Shown here: positions 37,316 to 47,006 of the stretch, one piece after another
Numbering within the stretch: position 1 is the first letter of the stretch
Layout: every line of letters starts with the position of its first letter
Origin: Candidatus Hydrogenedentota bacterium
Lineage (GTDB): Bacteria; Hydrogenedentota; Hydrogenedentia; Hydrogenedentales; SLHB01
NCBI GenBank assembly: GCA_045863335.1
Contig: BTVY01000009.1
Location: 16,623 to 80,622 of the forward strand
Reading direction: 5' to 3'
Length of the DNA: 64,000 nt
The notes under the pieces: model-generated
Database searches by the model: none
Told to the model about the DNA's origin: nothing
The model's input: the letters and a program-made list of their open reading frames with translations, nothing else
Program-made: the position numbers and the translations under genes

Positions 37316-38428
37316 TTAACCATGCGCGGGCGCGCTCGACATGCCCGCCCGTTCGCGGCGCTTCTCCTCGCGCCGATCAATCTTGTAAACGAATGCCAAT
37401 ACTTCGGCCACGGCGCGGAACAGGTCTTCCGGCACCGGTTGTCCCACCTCGATGTTCTTGAAGAGGGCCCGAGCAAGTTCCGGCTTCTCCACGATGGGAA
37501 CGTCGTGCTCCTCGGCGATTTCGCGAATACGCTTCGCCAGGAGCCGCGCGCCCTTCGCAATGACCACGGGGGCATCCATCGATTTCGCGTCGTAACGCAG
37601 CGCGACCGCGAAGCGGATGGGGTTCGTGATGATCACGTCTGCTTCCGGGACCTCCGCCATCATGCGCTTCATCGCCATCTGCCGCTGAATCTGGCGGATG
37701 CGCTGCTTGATGCGCGGATCGCCTTCCAGTTGTTTCAGCTCTTCCTTGGCTTCCTGCACCGTCATCATGAGATCCCGCCCGTACTGCCAGCGCTGGAATC
37801 CGTAATCGAGAATGCCCAGGATGAGCATGGCAAGGACTGCGCGAAACCAGACGAGGGCCACCAGTTTCGCCACCACCACCATCATGGCGTCGGGGAAGAG
37901 GTGCATGGTGGACACCAGTTCGGGCACGCGGTCCTTCACCGTGTAGTAGACGATGATCGAGACGATGGCTAGCTTGAGGATCGACTTCAGCAGTTCAAAG
38001 GCGCTCCGGCCGCTGAAAAACTTTTTGAACCCGGCAATGGGATTGAGGCGTTGGAGTTTGGGTTGCAAAGCTTTCGGCGAGTATAGGAAGCCCACTTGCA
38101 GCACGTTAAGGGCGAGGCCGGCGATGGTCATCACGATACCGAAGGGCAACAGGATGGCCGCCAACCGCACGAGTACATCCATACCCAAGGCCCGGAAGAG
38201 GTCTTCTTCCATGTCCAGGGTTGCGAAATTGCTGAAGTAAAACCGGGTCGCGTCGAGCATGCCGCCAAACAGGTCCGGGCCCATGTACCACATGGCGGCG
38301 AGCGCGATCATGAGCGACCAGGCAGAACTCAAGTCCTGACTTTTCGCGACGTTCCCTTCTTCCCGCGCCTTCTGAATCTTGGTTTGGGATGCAGGTAGTG
38401 TCTTCTCTCCGCCGGTATCTTCCGCCAT
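37316..38428 (-). CDS. flhB: flagellar export apparatus protein FlhB
   Basis: EKT...REEGNVAKS, EGDPRIK and APVVIAKG motifs; autocleavage site is NPIR rather than NPTH. Confidence 0.95.
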   Translation of the reverse strand: MAEDTGGEKTLPASQTKIQKAREEGNVAKSQDLSSAWSLMIALAAMWYMGPDLFGGMLDATRFYFSNFATLDMEEDLFRALGMDVLVRLAAILLPFGIVMTIAGLALNVLQVGFLYSPKALQPKLQRLNPIAGFKKFFSGRSAFELLKSILKLAIVSIIVYYTVKDRVPELVSTMHLFPDAMMVVVAKLVALVWFRAVLAMLILGILDYGFQRWQYGRDLMMTVQEAKEELKQLEGDPRIKQRIRQIQRQMAMKRMMAEVPEADVIITNPIRFAVALRYDAKSMDAPVVIAKGARLLAKRIREIAEEHDVPIVEKPELARALFKNIEVGQPVPEDLFRAVAEVLAFVYKIDRREEKRRERAGMSSAPAHG

Positions 38429-38435
38429 CGTTCGT

Positions 38436-39206
38436 CTAGCTCAGTCCGCGCATTACTGTGTTGACGTTTCGGAACATCCGCTCAAACATGTCGTCGAGCA
38501 GATTGAGGTACATGGAAAGCGAAAAGGCCACAAGCAGAAGGCCCATGGCAATCGTCAAGGGGAATCCCACAACAAACAGATGAATCTGCGGCACGAGACG
38601 CCCCAGCAAGCCCATGGTCACGTAGGCCAACAACAACGCGCCTGCCACCGGCGCGGCGATCATGAGGCCGTCGTAGAACATGACGCGTCCCCACGTGCTC
38701 ACCTCGCGCAACAGCGCGGGGTCCATCATGAAACCTCCCAGCGGAATCCGCTCGAAGGACATGGCCATGGCTTTGATCATGATGTGGTGGCCGTTCAAGG
38801 CCAGCAGATACAGCGCGGCGAGGATGTAGAGGAAGAAACCGAAGATCGGCACCTGCGTTTCCAGCGCGGGATTGAAGACGTTCATCAGGGCGAAGCCGGT
38901 CAACATGTCGAGCAGCTGCCCTGCCACCTGGATGGCCGCGAAAACGAGGGTCATGGTGAAGCCCATCATCAGGCCGATGATGAGTTCACCGGCGCCCAGC
39001 AGTGCGAAAGCGACGGGGTCGTCGGGCAAGGTCGTGCCGAACTCCGGAACCGTGGGGGTAATGAGTATGGCCGTGAGCGCGACCAGGCCTGCTTTGGCGA
39101 TTACGGGAAAGTTACTGGATGCCAGGACCGGCGCGGACACAAACATGCCGCTGATCCGGATGAGCACGAGCAGAAAGACTTTGAATACCTCGACCTCAAA
39201 TACCAT
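38436..39206 (-). CDS. fliR: flagellar export protein FliR
   Basis: Multi-TM protein; AGQLLDMLTGF, LNGHH and PQIHLFVVGFPL motifs. Confidence 0.93.
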   Translation of the reverse strand: MVFEVEVFKVFLLVLIRISGMFVSAPVLASSNFPVIAKAGLVALTAILITPTVPEFGTTLPDDPVAFALLGAGELIIGLMMGFTMTLVFAAIQVAGQLLDMLTGFALMNVFNPALETQVPIFGFFLYILAALYLLALNGHHIMIKAMAMSFERIPLGGFMMDPALLREVSTWGRVMFYDGLMIAAPVAGALLLAYVTMGLLGRLVPQIHLFVVGFPLTIAMGLLLVAFSLSMYLNLLDDMFERMFRNVNTVMRGLS

Positions 39207-39235
39207 AGAGCCGTCCGCCAGGAGCTGGCTTGCCG

Positions 39236-39505
39236 TTACTGCACAAGCGCATCGAAGTCACCGAACAGGGGACGCACAAAGGTGAGCAGCAGTGCAACCA
39301 TCCATGGCATGAACACGGCGAAAGCCACCATCACCACGACGATCTTCGGAACGAAGGTCAGGGTGATTTCCTGAATCTGGGTAACCGATTGAAACACACT
39401 GATTAGCAGCCCCACGACCATCCCTGAAATCAACATGGGTGCTGAGACCAGCAGCGTGATGTACATGGCATTGCGGCCAAGATCCAAGACGGTGTCCGCG
39501 TCCAT
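39236..39505 (-). CDS. fliQ: flagellar export protein FliQ
   Basis: VGLLISVFQSVTQIQEITLTFVPK; 89 aa from ATG 39505. Confidence 0.95.
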   Translation of the reverse strand: MDADTVLDLGRNAMYITLLVSAPMLISGMVVGLLISVFQSVTQIQEITLTFVPKIVVVMVAFAVFMPWMVALLLTFVRPLFGDFDALVQ

Positions 39506-39569
39506 CGCGTCAGCCCTTTTGCGCGAAGCAATTTCACCCCAATGACTTAGGTGTGCTCTCGAGCATTTT

Positions 39570-39659
39570 GCCCAACCCATAGACACCCAAATCCGCTGAT
39601 TGGCAAGATACCACAACATATAGCGGTTGTCAACGCAAATCATAGCTATAAATTGCGTT
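39570..39659 (-). promoter_or_regulatory. sigma70 promoter of fliQ with NrdR-box-like sites and a 28-bp palindrome
   Basis: TTGACA(39633-39628)-N17-TATCTT(39610-39605); CCACAACATATAGCGG (39611-39626) fills the spacer; weaker copy at 39570-39585; palindrome at 39632-39659. Confidence 0.65.
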
Positions 39660-39764
39660 AGGTGGCGCAGAATCAGGGGGGCTTGTGGCGCTATGGTGGC
39701 CAGACGCGGTGACCATACCACGACGGACGGTAAGGCGGTCTTTCTTGGAGTAGTGGAGCCGGAC

Positions 39765-41465
39765 CTATTTCGCCTGCCGGCGACGGGAGGTTCGATAGTG
39801 GGATACGCCCAAGATCGCGATTACCGCGCCCAGGAGCAGCACATTCTCCGGGAATCCAGTGAAGAGGTCTTGGGACGGGGCCAAGGAGGCGGTCGAGACG
39901 AATTCGGACGCGTCTGATGGCCCGAGGGCAACCACGCCGCCATGACGCACGAGGATACCCAGGTAGGCTTTGTTCTCCAGTTCAAGGACGAGGGCGCCAT
40001 CGTTCACCGCAAATCCTTCAACATTGCGGGCTGGAAACCAAGTCCCGCCTTGGTGATAGTAGACCGACAATGCGTCCGGAGACAGGCCCTCGGGGACGGG
40101 CAGCCAAACCCGTTGCGGGGCGGCGAAAGGTCCCTCGGGCATAATCCGGTAAGCGCTCGAAACCGAACCGGGCAACTCGGGAACCGCGTCCGGATCCAGT
40201 CTCTCAAGAACGGATTCATTCTGGCTTTCGTCAGCCGAGAGCAAACGCTGTCCTTCGAAATCGGTGTACCCCGGTTGCTCGACAAGCGCGGGGGCCAACA
40301 TTTTCGTTGCCGAATCGACCACCGGAAACGCGTAGGTCAACGGTCCCAGCCGGTTTCCGCCGGCGGTTAGTCCCCCCACCATCATCGTGACGACCTCGCC
40401 CGGATACCAAGCGCCTTGCGGACGATATACCACCCAACCGTCGCCGCCTGCGGAAGAATCGAGTGGCACCCATTCGACGGCGTCATCCTCGAAGTCCGTC
40501 GCGGAGACGTAGCCCCACACCGACGCGATGGGCTCATCCGAGCGCAAACGAATCGCGATGGCATCGCCCGAGTGTATTCCCTCCGCGTCCGCGAATGCGG
40601 GCAGCACTTCCTCGTAGATTTTGGCGGAAGAAACCGCTTTTGAGCTTCCCCGGTATCCGGTGTCGGCACCCACGGGGTCGCTTGCCCCACAAGGACTTTG
40701 CGCCTGAACCCAGTAGTAATGGGTTGTGAAGCTTAGGGTGGAACCGGAGCCGCACCCGCCGGACGACACGAACGCTGCCGGGCTTGCGCCAAAATCGTTG
40801 AACTGCGTGTTGGCGGTCACCGCCAGGACCGTCGCCCCGGCGAAGCTGTTCGAGCTGTTGCGGTAGAGTCGGTAGGAGGTGGCTCCGTTGGCCGGATCCC
40901 AGGTTAGTTTGACGTGGTCGCCGAAGTCTCCATCGCTGGCTTTGAAGTTGGAGGGCTCGTCGGGAGCGGTGCATTGCGTGACCGTAAGGATTCCATCGGA
41001 GATCGTGGTCGCAATAGGTTGGGCGTTGGTATCCGTGGAGGCCTGGTGGGAACCCACGAGGGACAGTTGCTGTCCGATGGTCGCGCTGCTCTTCACGATG
41101 AAGACCATGTTGACCAGACGGCCGTTCGGAATCACATTGTTATTCAAACCGAATACAACGATGGAGGCGACTCCGCTGGACGGTTCCTCGGCCGCCACTT
41201 CCTTGTCGGCGGATTCCGCGGCGGAGCCCGCTTCCGCGGAGACGAACAGCAGTTTGCTTGCGTCGTAGTTCACGCGGAAGTTCACGGCGACAGCATTCGA
41301 ATCGGAATTGAAGTTCACACCGACTACCGTGGTGCTGGAAGCAAAACCGGAAGCATTGCGGATGTTGATTGACGCGTCTGCCCACACGGGACCCGTCATG
41401 ATCAAGAGGCACGAAAGCAGCAAGGCGGCGGCGCGGAACGAGGCCGCAGACAAACGTGAGGTCAC
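39765..41465 (-). CDS. secreted cohesin-domain / FN3-like surface protein with a C-terminal membrane anchor
   Basis: Signal peptide; AVNFRVNYDASKL...GRLVNMVF cohesin-like fold; PSNFKASDG...LTWD...YRLYR FN3-like region; C-terminal TM plus RRR. Confidence 0.75.
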   Translation of the reverse strand: MTSRLSAASFRAAALLLSCLLIMTGPVWADASINIRNASGFASSTTVVGVNFNSDSNAVAVNFRVNYDASKLLFVSAEAGSAAESADKEVAAEEPSSGVASIVVFGLNNNVIPNGRLVNMVFIVKSSATIGQQLSLVGSHQASTDTNAQPIATTISDGILTVTQCTAPDEPSNFKASDGDFGDHVKLTWDPANGATSYRLYRNSSNSFAGATVLAVTANTQFNDFGASPAAFVSSGGCGSGSTLSFTTHYYWVQAQSPCGASDPVGADTGYRGSSKAVSSAKIYEEVLPAFADAEGIHSGDAIAIRLRSDEPIASVWGYVSATDFEDDAVEWVPLDSSAGGDGWVVYRPQGAWYPGEVVTMMVGGLTAGGNRLGPLTYAFPVVDSATKMLAPALVEQPGYTDFEGQRLLSADESQNESVLERLDPDAVPELPGSVSSAYRIMPEGPFAAPQRVWLPVPEGLSPDALSVYYHQGGTWFPARNVEGFAVNDGALVLELENKAYLGILVRHGGVVALGPSDASEFVSTASLAPSQDLFTGFPENVLLLGAVIAILGVSHYRTSRRRQAK

Positions 41466-41682
41466 AACTACACCTTTCTCGTAGGAAAACGGATTCCCTT
41501 ACCTTCCGCAACAGTCCATTGTACTTACAATGCTTCCGGAGCGCCATTACATCCGGGCATCGGCCAACCTGGTACCATGAACGTTCGATCGGTGAAGAAT
41601 TGGGACTCCGAAGGGCCAAGGAGGCGGATTGTGGAATGTGATGGGTGGGTTATTTCTGTGGAAATCCATGCACTTCAATGAT

Positions 41683-42150
41683 TTACTGAGCATCTCCGAG
41701 GTGGCTCTTCATGCGTTCTTGCCACCGGTCTCCAATATCGTGGTCCGAATCGAGGAATACGGTGAGCTGCGCCAAACGCCCCACAAATTCGTCGTCCACT
41801 AAATGCTCGAGCCGGCACGCTTCCCGATCCGCGACGTCAGGTTCGTATCGCAGCACATTGGCCAGAAAACGGAAGATCACCTTATGCCGGGCCGTCAGCC
41901 TTCGGGCGAGCGCTTCGCCGTCCGGAGACAACACGACGTACCCATACGACTGGTGTTCCACAAGCCCTTTTCCGGCTAACTCGCGAACGGCTCGGGACGC
42001 TGCAGGCCGGCTGACATTGGCGTGGGCGGCAATATCGCTGACGCTGCAGACGCGGTCTTGGGTGAGCAAGTCTGCAATCGTTTCGATGTATTGTTCCATC
42101 GAGGGGCTCGTCTTCTGACGCCGACGGCGCGTACTCCCCTGTTTTTGCAC
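41683..42150 (-). CDS. DtxR/MntR-family metal-dependent transcriptional regulator
   Basis: MEQYIETI, DIAAHANVSRPAAS, RHKVI..FL and EACRLEH motifs. Confidence 0.9.
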   Translation of the reverse strand: MQKQGSTRRRRQKTSPSMEQYIETIADLLTQDRVCSVSDIAAHANVSRPAASRAVRELAGKGLVEHQSYGYVVLSPDGEALARRLTARHKVIFRFLANVLRYEPDVADREACRLEHLVDDEFVGRLAQLTVFLDSDHDIGDRWQERMKSHLGDAQ

Positions 42151-42427
42151 GTGTTTATCTCCAGTTCACGGATCAGACCAGGATGGGCAGCATCTGAAGT
42201 AGATGGCTCCCGCCCCGGTAGTCTACCACCATGGCGATAGTTGTGCACGCTCCGCCAAGTCGTGATGGGGACACGGGATGTGATATCCTACCCGCAAAAG
42301 CTGGCTTTCGCTGTGGAGCCCATTGGCATCCATTTTGAGGCAGCCCGCAAACCGTGACAATCCGTGTTCTCCCGCCTGCGACTATTGCGCAACGGCATTA
42401 TGCGGAGCGCCACCTGAGCACAAAAGT

Positions 42428-43276
42428 ATGGAAAACGTTGTGAAGGTATTGTTTTTTGGGGGGTTGGGACTCTACCTCGCCGCCGGTGTGGTCGCCCTGG
42501 CGTATCTGCGCGCCGGAAGTGCACGGACCCTGTCCATCCTCACCGGAGTCCTATCGACCGGATGCGGGGCACTTGTCATCGTATTCGCCGTGCGCTGGAG
42601 CATGTTCGGGTTGCTCCCGTTGACGACCATGGGCGACGCTTTGAATCTTTTCGTAATCCTTGGCACGGCGATAGCGCTGTACATCGCATATACGAACAAC
42701 GTTCGCCCCCTGCTCTCTTTTTTTGGTCCCGCGCTCGCGGCCTTATACCTGTACAATGCCGTGTCCGACTATAGTTTCCTTCAGCAGCAACCGAAGGCGC
42801 TGAATGGCATTTTTCTCGCGGTCCACGTGGGACTGGCATTCCTGGCCTACTCGCTATTCTTTGTAGCCAGTCTGACCAGCCTGGCCTACGTCTTCCAGGC
42901 GCGCAATCTGAAGCAACTTCACACGACCCGGCTGTTCCATAAACTGCCTTCGCTTGAGCAACTGGACCAGTCGTTGTTCAAGTTGATCACGTACGGCTAT
43001 GTCTTCTTCGCCATCACCTTCGTGCTCGGCTTCATTTGGGCCTACATCGATTCCGACGAATTGGGCGCCCGATGGTGGATGTCCGCAAAGGTCATGCGCG
43101 CGTTCTTCATGGCGATACTCTATTCGGTGGCATTTCACACGCGCCGGCAGGGCCGGCTTCGCGGGCAGAAACTTGCGTATTTGGTCTTCGTCGGATTCGG
43201 CCTTCTGCTCGCATCGTATATGGTGCTGGGCCTTGTCAGTCTCGAAGATGTCTACTTCTGGAGACGGCCGCAATGA
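42428..43276 (+). CDS. CcsA/HemX-like cytochrome c assembly membrane protein
   Basis: Multi-TM protein; AVHVGLAFLAY, LPSLEQLD and LGFIWA motifs; directly upstream of hemA. Confidence 0.82.
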   Translation: MENVVKVLFFGGLGLYLAAGVVALAYLRAGSARTLSILTGVLSTGCGALVIVFAVRWSMFGLLPLTTMGDALNLFVILGTAIALYIAYTNNVRPLLSFFGPALAALYLYNAVSDYSFLQQQPKALNGIFLAVHVGLAFLAYSLFFVASLTSLAYVFQARNLKQLHTTRLFHKLPSLEQLDQSLFKLITYGYVFFAITFVLGFIWAYIDSDELGARWWMSAKVMRAFFMAILYSVAFHTRRQGRLRGQKLAYLVFVGFGLLLASYMVLGLVSLEDVYFWRRPQ

Positions 43277-44544
43277 ATGTGGTCGTCGTCGGACTGAGCC
43301 ATCACTCAAGCCCGCTGGAACTTCGCGAACGGCTTCACTTTCCGGAGAAAGATCTGCCGAAGGCCTTGCTGGCGCTCCGCAAGCACCTGGATGACGCAGG
43401 CGTGGTAATCTTGAGTACGTGCAATCGCGTGGAGGTCTATGCCCACGCTGCGGATACCTCCGATGTGCCGGTGCGCATACGCCGGTTTCTCGCCGATTGG
43501 CATCAGGTTCCTGAGAGCGAGTTCCGGTCGAACCTTTACGAATACACCGGCCGCGAGGCGGCGGGCCATTTGTTCCGTGTCGCGTCGAGTCTGGACAGCC
43601 TCGTCGTCGGAGAAGGCCAGATACTCGGCCAGGTCCACGACGCCTTTCTCCTGGCGCAGGCCGAACAAGCGACCGACAAGGTCACGAGCGCCCTCTTTCA
43701 AAAGGCGTTCTCGGTCGCCAAAAACGTCCGGTCCAGCAGCAGTATCAGCGAAGGCAAGGTGTCCATTGGGAGCGTCGCGGTGGACCTGGCCGTATCCATC
43801 TTCATGGAACTCTCGGGCAAAACGGTTATGGTGGTCGGCTCTGGCAAGATGGGCGAGCTGACGCTGAAGAACCTCGTGTCCCGTGGAGTCGAAAAGGTAT
43901 TGCTGGTCAATCGGAGCCATGAGAAAGCGGTCCGCCTCGCGGAGGCCGTGCGCGGGGAACCGATTCCCTTCGAGGCGTTTCAGGAGAACCTGCCTCGGGC
44001 GGATATTGTGATCGCATCAACCGCCGCGCCTTCCTATATCTTGGGTCCGGCGGAGTTCCAGGCGGCCTTGAAGAGGCGGACTCAGGCGCCCATGTTTGCC
44101 ATCGACATTGCGGTACCGCGCAACATCGATCCCGCGGTCAAGAAACTGGACAACGTGTACTTGTACGACGTGGACGATCTGCAGCAAGTTGCCAACGCGA
44201 ACATGGAAGCGCGCCGCCAGGAAATCGACCGTTGCATGCAGATTGTTGATACCGGTGTCGAGCACTTCTGGGCATGGCTGCAAGGGTTGGTCGCGGAACC
44301 GACGATTGTATCCATGGCCGAGGAATTGAATGCCATCCGCGAGCGGGAATTGCAGAAGACGCTCGCCATGCTGCCCGATCTAACGGATCGCCAGCAGGAA
44401 GAAATTGCGTACCTGACGAAGCGCATCGTGAACACGATTTTGCAGCGCCCCATGCGGCAGTTGAAGCGGGAAGTGGCCGAAGAGGATCCCCACAAAGTGC
44501 TGCACCTCGTAAAACGTCTGTTCGGATTGAAGGAGTTGCCGTGA
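43273..44544 (+). CDS. hemA: glutamyl-tRNA reductase
   Basis: LSTCNRVE, SSLDSLVVGEGQILGQV, GSGKMG and DIAVPRNI motifs. Confidence 0.97.
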   Translation: MNVVVVGLSHHSSPLELRERLHFPEKDLPKALLALRKHLDDAGVVILSTCNRVEVYAHAADTSDVPVRIRRFLADWHQVPESEFRSNLYEYTGREAAGHLFRVASSLDSLVVGEGQILGQVHDAFLLAQAEQATDKVTSALFQKAFSVAKNVRSSSSISEGKVSIGSVAVDLAVSIFMELSGKTVMVVGSGKMGELTLKNLVSRGVEKVLLVNRSHEKAVRLAEAVRGEPIPFEAFQENLPRADIVIASTAAPSYILGPAEFQAALKRRTQAPMFAIDIAVPRNIDPAVKKLDNVYLYDVDDLQQVANANMEARRQEIDRCMQIVDTGVEHFWAWLQGLVAEPTIVSMAEELNAIRERELQKTLAMLPDLTDRQQEEIAYLTKRIVNTILQRPMRQLKREVAEEDPHKVLHLVKRLFGLKELP

Positions 44545-45461
44545 AGTCTTCGCTGGTCATAGGTTCGCGCGGGAGCCAACTTGCCCTGGTGCAGTCGGAA
44601 GGCATGGCCGAAGCACTGCGCGAGGCCAACCCCGGTCTCGATGTCACCATCGAAATCATCCATACGAAAGGCGACAAGATACTCGATGTGCCGCTTGCGA
44701 AGATCGGCGGTAAGGGACTGTTCACAAAGGAACTCGAAGTCGCCCTGATGGACGGACGCGTGGACCTTGCCGTGCACAGCCTCAAGGATTTGCCCACGGA
44801 ATTCCCCGAGGGGCTCATGCTCGCCGCGGTTCCGGCGCGCGAGATTCCGTATGATGCTTTCGTCTGCGCGAAGTGGCAGCACCTGGACGATATGCCGGCT
44901 GGAGCGAAAGTAGGCACCTCAAGTTTGCGAAGGCAGGCGCAGGTGCTCGCGCGGCGTCCGGACCTGCGTGTGGTCGATCTCCGAGGCAACGTTGAAACCC
45001 GCCTGCGCAAAGTTCAGGAAGGGGTGGTCGATGCGGCAATCCTGGCTTGCGCCGGACTCGAGCGCCTGGGGCTGTTCGACGCCATCACCGCGCGGCTGGA
45101 AGAAGACGTCATGGTGTCCGCTCCGGCGCAGGGCGCGCTCGGTATCGAGATTCGGTCTGATGATGAGGAGACCGCGCGGATTCTCGAATCGGTCTCCGAT
45201 CCCGTGGCGACCGTCGAGGTGACCGCGGAGCGATCCTGCCTTGCGGCGCTGGAGGGCGGGTGCCAGGTACCGATTGGCGCGCTGGCCCGGTTAAGCGGAA
45301 CGACACTCCGGCTCACGGCCTGTGTGTGCAGCCTGGACGGTTCGACGGTGCTGCGCACGGAGTGCGAAGGCCACGCGAGCGAAGCCATCGACATGGGCAA
45401 ACAGGCGGCGAAAAACCTGCTCGGTCAAGGGGCTTCGGAATTGATTGCGGCGACGCGATGA
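44541..45461 (+). CDS. hemC: hydroxymethylbilane synthase (porphobilinogen deaminase)
   Basis: IGSRGSQLA, KGLFTKELE, VHSLKDLP, GTSSLRR, RGNVETRLRK and LEGGCQVP motifs. Confidence 0.97.
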   Translation: MKSSLVIGSRGSQLALVQSEGMAEALREANPGLDVTIEIIHTKGDKILDVPLAKIGGKGLFTKELEVALMDGRVDLAVHSLKDLPTEFPEGLMLAAVPAREIPYDAFVCAKWQHLDDMPAGAKVGTSSLRRQAQVLARRPDLRVVDLRGNVETRLRKVQEGVVDAAILACAGLERLGLFDAITARLEEDVMVSAPAQGALGIEIRSDDEETARILESVSDPVATVEVTAERSCLAALEGGCQVPIGALARLSGTTLRLTACVCSLDGSTVLRTECEGHASEAIDMGKQAAKNLLGQGASELIAATR

Positions 45462-46990
45462 ATCCTACACAGGGAAAAGTCTGGCTGGTGGGTGCAGGCC
45501 CTGGCGATCCCGGGCTGCTGACTTTACGCGGCAAGGAGTGTCTCGAACACGCCGATGTCGTCATCTACGATTCCCTGGCCAACGAGGCGCTGCTCGACTA
45601 CGCTCCCACGGCCGAGCACATTTTTGCGGGCAAGGCGACCGACAAACACACGCTGCTGCAAGACGAAATCAATCGCGTGATGCGCGAACAAGCCTCGCAG
45701 GGCAAACGGGTCGTGCGCCTCAAAGGAGGGGATCCCTTTGTGTTTGGCCGCGGCGGCGAAGAAGCGCTGGCCCTGGCGGACGCGGGCATCGCGTTCGAAG
45801 TTGTGCCGGGTATTACCGCCGGAATTGCAGGTCCTGCCTACGCGGGCATCCCGGTAACCCACCGCGGGTTGGCCACGTGCTACACGCTGATTACCGGGCA
45901 CGACGCCGAGGCTTTGGAAACGGACGACGAGGATCTTTCACAACTCCTCCTTCGCGGCACGCTGGTGTTTTACATGGGCGTACGAAATCTACCCCGTATC
46001 GCGGCGCAACTGGTCGCGCTGGGCCGTCCGCCCACGACCCCCGTTGCGATTGTCCAGTGGGGAACCGACCCCAAGCAGCGAACCGCGATTGGTACGTTGG
46101 CCGATATTGCCGGCCGTGCGCATGACGAGCGCATCCAGCCGCCCGCCATCATTGTCGTTGGGGAGGTCGTATCGCTTCACGATGCCCTGTCCTGGTTTGA
46201 AAGCCGTCCGCTTTTCGGTAAGCGCATCGTGGTGACTCGGGCGCGCAGCCAGGCAAGCGATCTGGTGCGGCACCTGCAAGAATTGGGGGCTGATGTATTT
46301 GAATTCCCGACCATTGCCATTGAACCCCCAGAAAATCCGGAGCCTTTCGATCCGGTCAACACCTACGACTGGATCGTGCTGACCAGTGTAAATGCCGTGG
46401 AGATGCTGTTCGAGCGGATGGATAATCTAGGTCAGGACGCGCGGGATCTCGCAGGCGTGCGGCTATGCGTCATCGGATCGGCAACGTCCGAGGCGGTCAG
46501 GCGCCGCTTCCTGCGCGTCGATCTCATGCCGGAAAAGTACGTTGCCGAGTATTTGATGTCCGCGTTGCTCGCGCAGGAGCCGGACCTGGCGGGGAAACGC
46601 TTTCTATTGCCGCGCGCGGACATTGCCCGCAGCTTTCTGCCGGAGGAACTTCGCAAGCATGGCGCAGACGTGACGGAAGTGGTCGCGTATCGCACGGTCG
46701 TTCCGCGAACTCCGGATTCGCTGGCGGAACGCCTGGCGACATACCGGCCCGATTTGGTTACGTTTACCAGTTCCTCGACGGCGCGGAACTTCCACGAGAT
46801 GCTGGGCGCGGAACGGATCGCGCGATTGAAACAAACCGCGAAGTTCGGCGCCATTGGACCGATTACGGCAAAGACCGCGGGGTCGCTGGGGATGCCCGTG
46901 ACGATTGAACCGGACACCCACGATATTCCGAACTTCGTTCGTGCTATTGTTGACGGGCTGGGCCGCGAGGCAACCGAAGCAGGCAGATGA
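45458..46990 (+). CDS. cobA: uroporphyrinogen-III C-methyltransferase / uroporphyrinogen-III synthase fusion (CobA-HemD)
   Basis: [11 protein letters not shown] and [16 protein letters not shown], followed by the HemD part VVTRAR, TSVNAV, FTSSST, AIGPIT. Confidence 0.95.
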   Translation: MNPTQGKVWLVGAGPGDPGLLTLRGKECLEHADVVIYDSLANEALLDYAPTAEHIFAGKATDKHTLLQDEINRVMREQASQGKRVVRLKGGDPFVFGRGGEEALALADAGIAFEVVPGITAGIAGPAYAGIPVTHRGLATCYTLITGHDAEALETDDEDLSQLLLRGTLVFYMGVRNLPRIAAQLVALGRPPTTPVAIVQWGTDPKQRTAIGTLADIAGRAHDERIQPPAIIVVGEVVSLHDALSWFESRPLFGKRIVVTRARSQASDLVRHLQELGADVFEFPTIAIEPPENPEPFDPVNTYDWIVLTSVNAVEMLFERMDNLGQDARDLAGVRLCVIGSATSEAVRRRFLRVDLMPEKYVAEYLMSALLAQEPDLAGKRFLLPRADIARSFLPEELRKHGADVTEVVAYRTVVPRTPDSLAERLATYRPDLVTFTSSSTARNFHEMLGAERIARLKQTAKFGAIGPITAKTAGSLGMPVTIEPDTHDIPNFVRAIVDGLGREATEAGR

Positions 46991-47006
46991 CAAGAGGAGT
47001 TCCCTG

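Noticed and set aside
43036-45457. Long N-terminal extensions on hemA, hemC and cobA in the ORF track (also fliQ, lptC, hemB, glpQ-like)
   Set aside because: Artefacts of taking the most upstream start. Homology and RBS/overlap patterns support the later starts used here.
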